A stretch of 63,943 nt of DNA, counting the filler, from Actinomycetota bacterium (GTDB lineage Bacteria > Actinomycetota > Actinomycetes > JAKEEW01), in NCBI GenBank assembly GCA_046725875.1. It is 4 parts of 4 records of this genome, joined end to end, with 100 filler letters (N's around TTAATTAATTAA, not from the genome) between each part and the next. Parts side by side here need not be neighbours in the genome. Positions count along the whole stretch, not along the records: positions 57,144 to 63,943 come from JBKOZJ010000161.1; 3 more parts are not named here. The stretch is one strand, 5' to 3'. Both the position numbers and the translations under genes were made by a program. Every line of letters starts with the position of its first letter. Within the stretch, counting starts at the first letter, position 1. Of this stretch, positions 57,418 to 63,943 are shown piece after piece. Under the pieces are notes generated by a model. The model was given only the letters and a program-made list of their open reading frames with translations. It made no database searches and was not told the origin of the DNA.

Positions 57418-57923
57418 GCCGCCATCTTCCCAACCACCGCCGACAACCGCGCCGACCACGGCCGGCAGCTACCGAGGGGCGTTTGCGATCAAGTCATGGC
57501 AGTCAGGCGGCACGGCATCGACAAGCCGATCAGGGCTGGCGGCGGTGCATCACCCCTAACGAGAAGACGATCAGAATGAGGCATTCCCGCGGCAAATTGA
57601 TCATTTATTGGGTCAAGGGTTGGCAGTTCTGCGGTAAGGATTCGCGGATTTCGCAACGCAGCGATGCCACGCCTCGATCCAAAGCGTGATCGAAGTCATG
57701 CAGGGACGCCACCGAATGATCCAGTCGGCCCGCAGAGCATCGCAGGAGTGCTAGAGATTTGTCGGGCAAGCGCAAGGCGTAAGCAGAGAGGCCAGCGACC
57801 GATCGCTGCACTAGAACCGTGAGCACAGCGCGAGCGCCGGATCCGGACTGTAGACCTGGAGTCACCCGACATGATCCACATCTAGGGCCGGGCATGGCTG
57901 AGAGCCGGAGGGGGAACCCAACC

Positions 57924-60224
57924 TCATAATCCGAGGAGGCGCAGGGCAGCGGCTCGAATCGCGGCCTCGGACAGCAGGACCGTCGAGGCCGCCGGGCCGA
58001 GCGGGATGAAGCTGTCTTCACTTGCAACCCGGGCGACGAGACCGCCGTAATCAGCATCAGCCAGCGCGGCCAGCACACCCTCGGCCACTCCCCCGTTGCG
58101 CCGGGTCTCGTCGGCGACCAGCACCCGCCCCGTCGCCATCCCCTCGCGCAGGATGTCGTCCAAGGGCAGCGGGACCAGCCACCGCAGGTCGACGATGCGG
58201 CAGCCAACGCCGTGTGCGATCGCCAGCGAGCGCGCTACTCGCAGGCTCATTCGAAGCCCGTTCCCGAAGGTAACGATTGTCAGATCGGCACCGACCCCGT
58301 ATGTACGAGCCCGACCCACCGGCACATGCGCATCCGCCCACTGGTCGGGGGCCCAATAGGGAGCGAGCCAGCCGCCGTCCCCCTCCTCGTACAGGTCACG
58401 GGTGTGGTAGAGCGCGATCGGCTCCAGAAAGACGCTCACCACGCCGCCGGCCTCGCCCGCGGCTACGCATGTTCGCAGCAGCGCGGCGGCGTCGTCCGGC
58501 CGAGCCGGTGCGGCAACGATGAGCCCCGGCACGTCGCGCAGCACTCCCAGCGCATTGTCGTTGTGGAAGTGGCCGCCGAAGCCGCGCTGGTACGCGAGTC
58601 CAGGAACGCGCACGACCATGGGATTCGCGTACTGCCCCTGCGAAAAGAACCGGAGCGTCGCCGCCTCCCCGCGGAGCTGATCTTCAGCATTGTGCAAAAA
58701 GGCGAGGTACTGGATCTCCGGTATCGGCAGCAATCCAGAGACGCCACAGCCGAGCGCCAGTCCGAGGATCGACGCTTCATCAAGCAGCGTGTCGAAGACG
58801 CGGGCCGTACCGAACCGCTGCTGCAGGCCCCGGGTCACGCCGTAGACGCCACCCTTGCGGCCCACATCCTCGCCGAACACCAACGCGCCCGGCCGGGCGG
58901 CGAGGACATCAGCGAGCGATCGGTTTATCGCCATCGCGAGCGTGACCGACCCCTCGTCTTCAGGCAGGCGCGGCTCGGCGTGCGACCCGGCGGCAAATGC
59001 CGCCTGCCGCCGTGCCGAGTCAGCCACGAGGGCCGCTCGGCTCGCCACCGAATCCTCATCCGGCGCCGCGAGCGGCTCCATCACTTGGCGCGGACCGTCG
59101 AGCCGCGGCTCGTCGACGACGCTACGCACCCCCGCGAGGACTCGGTCACGAGCTGCCTCGTACCGTTCGATCACATCATCAGGCGTACAAAATCCACCGG
59201 CTACGAGCAGGCGGGCAGTGCCGATGAGCGGGTCCCGCTCCAGATCGGCGGCGATCTCGTCGGGAGTGCGGTACGCCACCTCGACGTCTGAGCCGGCATG
59301 CCCGAGATACCTCACCATCCGCAGGTGCAGGAATACCGGCCGGCGTCGCTCCCGGACCTGGGCGAGCGCCTCCCGTGTTGTCTCGTACACCTGGGCGAGG
59401 TCGCACCCGTCGGCCTGCAGATAGCGCAGGCCGGGACGCCCCGACCACGCCGCGGCTATCCAGTCACGCGGCGTGCGCACGCTGATGCCGAAACCGTTGT
59501 CCTCGCAGACGAACAGTACGGGCACCGGCACGCCGTTCGTCGACGAATAGGCTGCGGCGTTCAGACCGGCGAGCGCGGTCGCATGGTTGACCGTCGCGTC
59601 GCCGAAGCTGCAGATGACAACCGCGTCCTCCGGCCAGGCCACCGTCGCCTCGAGCTTGCGGGCGCGCTCGATCGCGAACCCGATTCCCACCGCTCGCGGG
59701 AGATGCGAGCCGACCGTCGAGGTCTGCGGAATGACATTCAGGCCGGCATGGCCGAAGACCTTATGCCGGCCGCCACTGATCGGTTCGTTCACAGCGGCCG
59801 CGACACCAAGCAGTACGTCGCGCACCGCATCCGTGACCCCCGACGCCTGCGCCGCACGGGCCAAATAGAACCCGCCCGAGCGGTAGTGGAGAAGCGCGGG
59901 ATCGGAGGCACGCAGCACCGCGGCGACCGCCGCGTTGCCCTCATGCCCGGCCGACCCGATCGTGTAGAAGCCGGCACCCTTCGCCTGCATCCAGCGCGCC
60001 GCGAAGTCGAGCTGACGGCTGGTCGCCTGCGCATCGAAGAGCTCGAAGCAGGCTTGGCCGCTAAGCGCGGACCCCGGTCGCAGTGGCTCAGTCAGCCGGC
60101 GGGTCCACCGGTCCGCCTCGCTCGCGTCGACACGCCCGGCACTGACCGCCCTCGGGTGCTTCTCGAGCCGAGAGACGGTCTCCAGGAAATGCCGGTCAAG
60201 GCGGGCCGCCTGGTCATCAACCAT
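57924..60224 (-). CDS. Fused 2-oxoacid dehydrogenase E1 alpha/beta (TPP-dependent)
   Basis: FYTIGSAGHE, LHYR, SFGDA..N, GHAGSD, FGEDVG..GGVYG, FDTLLDE, EIQY, GGHFH. Confidence 0.85.
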   Translation of the reverse strand: MVDDQAARLDRHFLETVSRLEKHPRAVSAGRVDASEADRWTRRLTEPLRPGSALSGQACFELFDAQATSRQLDFAARWMQAKGAGFYTIGSAGHEGNAAVAAVLRASDPALLHYRSGGFYLARAAQASGVTDAVRDVLLGVAAAVNEPISGGRHKVFGHAGLNVIPQTSTVGSHLPRAVGIGFAIERARKLEATVAWPEDAVVICSFGDATVNHATALAGLNAAAYSSTNGVPVPVLFVCEDNGFGISVRTPRDWIAAAWSGRPGLRYLQADGCDLAQVYETTREALAQVRERRRPVFLHLRMVRYLGHAGSDVEVAYRTPDEIAADLERDPLIGTARLLVAGGFCTPDDVIERYEAARDRVLAGVRSVVDEPRLDGPRQVMEPLAAPDEDSVASRAALVADSARRQAAFAAGSHAEPRLPEDEGSVTLAMAINRSLADVLAARPGALVFGEDVGRKGGVYGVTRGLQQRFGTARVFDTLLDEASILGLALGCGVSGLLPIPEIQYLAFLHNAEDQLRGEAATLRFFSQGQYANPMVVRVPGLAYQRGFGGHFHNDNALGVLRDVPGLIVAAPARPDDAAALLRTCVAAGEAGGVVSVFLEPIALYHTRDLYEEGDGGWLAPYWAPDQWADAHVPVGRARTYGVGADLTIVTFGNGLRMSLRVARSLAIAHGVGCRIVDLRWLVPLPLDDILREGMATGRVLVADETRRNGGVAEGVLAALADADYGGLVARVASEDSFIPLGPAASTVLLSEAAIRAAALRLLGL

Positions 60225-60348
60225 CAACCGTGCATGCTTCACTATCCGCCGAAGCCAGTCGAGCCGGGGCATGAGAACTGACCGACGAGCGAGACTCGCC
60301 CGACATCACGGACGGGCTCCAAAGCCATCGGCGGGAGATAATCCGGAC

Positions 60349-60801
60349 GTGCGTCTATCCGCCCGAGTCGACTATGCGCTGCGTGCCGCCGCGGAGCTTG
60401 CCGCGGCGGGCGAAGGTCCCGTGACGGCCGACCAACTAGCCGAGGCGCAGGGCATTCCGGTCAAGTTCCTCGAGACGATCTTGGGTCAGCTTCGCCGAGC
60501 TGGGCTCGTCCGAAGCCAACGCGGTCCGGACGGCGGCTACTGGCTGGCCCGGCGCGCGGACGAGATCTCATTGGCCGACATCATCCGAGTGATCGAGGGC
60601 CCTCTTCTTGGCGTACGGGGAGAGCGGCCGGAACGGATCGCGTACAAGGGAGCGGCGAAGGCCCTCCAGGAAGTCTGGATCGCCCTGCGGGCTAATGAGC
60701 GGGCCATTCTCGAGACCGTGACGCTCGGACACATCGCCAGGGGTGAGCTGCCGGGGAAGGTCCACGCGCTGACCGAAGATCCTCGCGCCTGGAGCATCTG
60801 A
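60349..60801 (+). CDS. Rrf2 family transcriptional regulator (Cys-less, CymR-like)
   Basis: RLSARVDYALRA, IPVKFLETIL, VRSQRGPDGGY, ISLADIIRVIEGP. Confidence 0.92.
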   Translation: MRLSARVDYALRAAAELAAAGEGPVTADQLAEAQGIPVKFLETILGQLRRAGLVRSQRGPDGGYWLARRADEISLADIIRVIEGPLLGVRGERPERIAYKGAAKALQEVWIALRANERAILETVTLGHIARGELPGKVHALTEDPRAWSI

Positions 60802-60963
60802 GGCTACCCGCCCCCGAACGCGTGACCGTCACCGCCGACCAACCGATAAGGGGCCGGGCACCCGAAGTCGGACACGTCGAGTGCGGGCTGCCCTTAACGC
60901 GTCGGCTCAGCATCTGAGACGGATATCCCGAAGCACTGGAACCTTGCCCCGGCCATGCGGTAG

Positions 60964-60987
60964 TTTCCCATCTAACCGATAGGGAAA
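60964..60987. promoter_or_regulatory. Imperfect palindrome before the sulfonate-type ABC operon (candidate Rrf2 operator)
   Basis: TTTCCCATC-taacc-GATAGGGAAA. Confidence 0.5.
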
Positions 60988-61005
60988 GACGACAAAGGAG
61001 CCCGT

Positions 61006-62118
61006 GTGCTGCCGGATCATCTTCATCGATCAGCTAGAGGAGCGACGTTCTCGCTGGGCGTCGTCGCCGCCCTGCTACTGCCAACCCTCGCCGCCTGCGG
61101 CGGCGGCGACGACTCCGCCGGGAGTGTGGGTGGCGACAAGGGGCCGGCGTCGGAGCTTCGGCTCGGTTTCTTCGCGAATGTCACGCACGCCACCGCCCTT
61201 GTCGGAGTCGAGGAAGGCTTCTTCACCAAGCAGCTCGGCAGCACCAAGCTCAAGACTCAGGTCTTCAATGCCGGCCCGGCCGCCGTGGAGGCCGTCTTCG
61301 GCGGCGCGCTCGATGCGAGCTACATCGGACCGAACCCGTCGATCAATGCGTACGTCCAGAGCAAGGGCGAGGCGATCCGCATAATCGCCGGCGCCACCTC
61401 GGGCGGCGCCGCTCTCGTCGTACGCCCGGACATCAACTCGGCGGAGGACCTGCGGGGCAAGAAGCTTGCTACGCCCCAACTCGGCAACACCCAAGATGTC
61501 GCGCTGCGGGCCTGGCTTGGCGAGCAGGGGCTGAAGACCTCAAAGACCGGCCAGGGCGATGTGACCATCCTGGCGGGCACCGAGAACGCGACCACGCTCC
61601 AGCTCTTCAAGGACGGCGAGATCGACGGCGCCTGGCTGCCCGAGCCGTGGGTGACGCGGCTCGTCCTCGAGGCCAGCGGAAAGGTTCTCGTCGACGAGAA
61701 GACCCTCTGGCCCGAGGGCAAGTTCGTGACGACACAGCTCATCGTCACCACGAAGTACCTCAACGAGCATCCGGCAACAGTCCGCCAACTCCTCGAAGCC
61801 CACGTGGACGCAACCCAATGGATCGCCGGGCATCCAGACCAAGCCAAGAAGGACGCCAACACTCAGCTCGGCGAGCTCACCGGCCAGGAGCTTCCCGGAC
61901 CGGTCATCGACGGCGCCTGGAAGAACATCGACATCACCGTGGATCCAGTCGCCACCAGCCTGGTAACGTCCGCCGACCACGCCGCGGAAGCCGGCCTCAT
62001 CGAGAAGCCAGACCTTGCCGGGATCTACAACCTCAAGCCACTCAACGAGATCCTCACCCAGCGCGGGATCCCAACCGTCTCCGACGCGGGGCTGGGCTCA
62101 ACATCGGACTCGGGCTAA
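61006..62118 (+). CDS. Sulfonate/nitrate-type ABC substrate-binding lipoprotein (SsuA-like)
   Basis: Lipobox LAAC, GFFANVTHA, FNAGP, YIGPNP, TPQLGNTQDVALR, WLPEPW. Confidence 0.88.
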   Translation: MLPDHLHRSARGATFSLGVVAALLLPTLAACGGGDDSAGSVGGDKGPASELRLGFFANVTHATALVGVEEGFFTKQLGSTKLKTQVFNAGPAAVEAVFGGALDASYIGPNPSINAYVQSKGEAIRIIAGATSGGAALVVRPDINSAEDLRGKKLATPQLGNTQDVALRAWLGEQGLKTSKTGQGDVTILAGTENATTLQLFKDGEIDGAWLPEPWVTRLVLEASGKVLVDEKTLWPEGKFVTTQLIVTTKYLNEHPATVRQLLEAHVDATQWIAGHPDQAKKDANTQLGELTGQELPGPVIDGAWKNIDITVDPVATSLVTSADHAAEAGLIEKPDLAGIYNLKPLNEILTQRGIPTVSDAGLGSTSDSG

Positions 62119-62951
62119 TGAGCGTGCGGCAAATGGATGTGAAACAGGTGGACATCGGGCAGACAAGCCTGGCGGAGCCGCCGTCGATGCTCCCGGAGGG
62201 TCGGCCCGGGCCGGCGGTACGCCTCGACCGGGTCTCCAAGCGCTTCGACCGCGGCGCTGGACCGCCTGTCCTGGAGGCTATATCCGTCGACGTCAAGCAG
62301 GGCGACTTCGTCGCACTGCTCGGCGCATCCGGCTGCGGTAAGACGACCCTGCTGAACGTCGTGGCCGGGCTGGAACCCCCGACCTCCGGATCGGTTGACG
62401 TCGCTGGGCGCCGAGCTGCTCTGATGTTCCAGGAGGCTGCGCTCTTCCCGTGGTTGACCGCGGGCCGCAACGTCGAGCTGGCGCTCAAGCTGCGCGGCGT
62501 GCCGCGGTCGCAGCGGCGACGCGAGGCGCGGCGACTCCTGGAGCTGGTTCGGTTGCCCGGCGCTTACCGATCCCGGATGCACGAGCTCTCCGGCGGGATG
62601 CGGCAGCGGGTCGCGCTCGCCCGCGCACTCGCCCAAGACGCTCCGGTTCTGCTCATGGACGAGCCGTTCGGCGCGCTCGACGCCATCACCCGCGACCTGC
62701 TGCATGACGAGCTCACCAGAATCTGGTCCGAGACCGGCGTCACGGTCGTATTCGTCACCCACAACGTGCGCGAGGCGGTTCGGCTGGGTCAGCGGGTCCT
62801 GCTCATGTCCTCCCGGCCGGGCCGGATTGTGCGGGAGTGGACCGTCGACATCCCGCAACCACGCCGGATCGAGACCCCGGCCGTGGCGGCGCTCGCCGGG
62901 GAGATCACCGAGCACTTGAGAGAGGAGATCCGCCGCCATGGCGAGCACTGA
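62118..62951 (+). CDS. Sulfonate/nitrate-type ABC ATP-binding subunit (SsuB/TauB-like)
   Basis: GASGCGKTT, LFPWLT, LSGGMRQRVALARALA, MDEPFGALD, SSRPGRI. Confidence 0.92.
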   Translation: MSVRQMDVKQVDIGQTSLAEPPSMLPEGRPGPAVRLDRVSKRFDRGAGPPVLEAISVDVKQGDFVALLGASGCGKTTLLNVVAGLEPPTSGSVDVAGRRAALMFQEAALFPWLTAGRNVELALKLRGVPRSQRRREARRLLELVRLPGAYRSRMHELSGGMRQRVALARALAQDAPVLLMDEPFGALDAITRDLLHDELTRIWSETGVTVVFVTHNVREAVRLGQRVLLMSSRPGRIVREWTVDIPQPRRIETPAVAALAGEITEHLREEIRRHGEH

Positions 62952-63849
62952 CACGCAGCCAGCTCGGGGAAGTGCCACGGTGGACGAGACGCTGGCCGGC
63001 CTGGACGCACTGTCCATGCAGAAGGCCGGCCGGGCCGGCCGGTGGAGCCGGATCTGGCGCAAGGCCCTCCCGCCGCTGGTCGCCGTCGCCGTCGCCCTCG
63101 GGAGCTGGCAGTTGCTAGTGGTGCTGAACGTCAAGCAGGAAGGTGCCCTGCCCTCGCCCGCCCAGGTGTGGGAGACGCTTCACGATGAATGGACGTCAGG
63201 CGCGATACCGACAGCGATCTGGAACAGTGTCCGCCGCGGCGGGATCGGCTTCTCGGCCTCGGTCGTCATCGGTACGATCATCGGCCTGGTCGTGGCGCGG
63301 GTATCGCTGGTCCGCACCGCCATCGGCCCCACCCTGACCAGCCTGCAAATCCTCCCGTCGGTCGCGTGGGTGCCCGCCGCGATCATTTGGTTCGGCCTGT
63401 CCGACGCCACGATCTACGCAGTCGTCCTGCTCGGCGCCACACCATCGATCGCGAACGGCATCGTCGCCGGTGTCGACCAGATCCCGCCGCTCTACCTGAG
63501 AGCCGGCCGGGTCCTCGGAGCGCGCCGGCTCAGCGCGGTCTGGCACATCCTGCTCCCGGCGGCACTCCCCGGCTACATCGCCGGCCTCCGCCAGGGGTGG
63601 GCGTTTTCGTGGCGATCGCTCATGGCGGCCGAGCTCATCACCTTCTCGCCAGAGATCGGTCCCGGACTCGGCCAATTCCTCGACACCGGCCGGCAGCTCT
63701 CGGACATGAGCTGGGTGATGGCCGGCATCCTCGTGATCCTCGCCGTCGGGATCGCCATCGAGCTACTGATCTTTGCGCCGGTGGAACGCCGAATCCTGCG
63801 CAACCGAGGACTGATCGCCACCGCCGCGGTTCGTCGCGCCGGCGAATGA
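62938..63849 (+). CDS. Sulfonate/nitrate-type ABC permease (SsuC/TauC-like)
   Basis: LPSPAQVW, LPSVAWVP, LPAALP, WRSLMAAE. Confidence 0.9.
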   Translation: MASTDTQPARGSATVDETLAGLDALSMQKAGRAGRWSRIWRKALPPLVAVAVALGSWQLLVVLNVKQEGALPSPAQVWETLHDEWTSGAIPTAIWNSVRRGGIGFSASVVIGTIIGLVVARVSLVRTAIGPTLTSLQILPSVAWVPAAIIWFGLSDATIYAVVLLGATPSIANGIVAGVDQIPPLYLRAGRVLGARRLSAVWHILLPAALPGYIAGLRQGWAFSWRSLMAAELITFSPEIGPGLGQFLDTGRQLSDMSWVMAGILVILAVGIAIELLIFAPVERRILRNRGLIATAAVRRAGE

Positions 63850-63943
63850 AGGCAACCCGCCTCAGTACTCCAACCGGAGTTCGTGACCCCGCGCGCATGC
63901 TCGACCGGTGCCTCCGCGCCTCCTGCTAGGGGGCGCGACCCTC

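Overview
The window is four unrelated high-GC actinomycete contigs (1-30723, 30824-40107, 40208-57043, 57144-63943) joined by 100-nt N/TTAATTAATTAA linkers, so adjacency across linkers is not biological. Contig 1 is a core region (tatC end?, lipid kinase, helY, 5'-3' exonuclease, M24 peptidase, acyl-CoA dehydrogenase, Lrp, lnt, ppm1). Inserted in it are a sugar ABC importer, an ABC-2 exporter, a radical-SAM/B12 lysine-catabolism cluster (kamA, kdd, amidohydrolase, kamD, kamE, kal; no kce), a frameshifted GNAT, an ECF41 sigma/epimerase pair, and a ~330-nt nested-helix candidate RNA before lnt. Contig 2 is an accessory island (small membrane/SHOCT proteins, RDD, GH15, SulP, ornithine carbamoyltransferase, HerA-like ATPase) with five copies of the palindrome TCACCC-N5-GGGTGA near gene starts. 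Contig 3 has an AbiEi/DUF559-type nuclease gene bracketed by two direct copies of a long-hairpin element, one carrying an 88-bp tandem array. It also has several tandem duplications spanning stop codons, then the citE-mgtE-mrp-tatB-sigE-pepA-paaX region, with a MucB/RseB-like gene where htrA usually lies. Contig 4 has ligB (partial), a fused E1 alpha/beta dehydrogenase, an Rrf2 regulator and a sulfonate-type ABC importer. No rRNA, tRNA, CRISPR array or transposase was seen. All calls come from reading motifs by eye; no searches were run.
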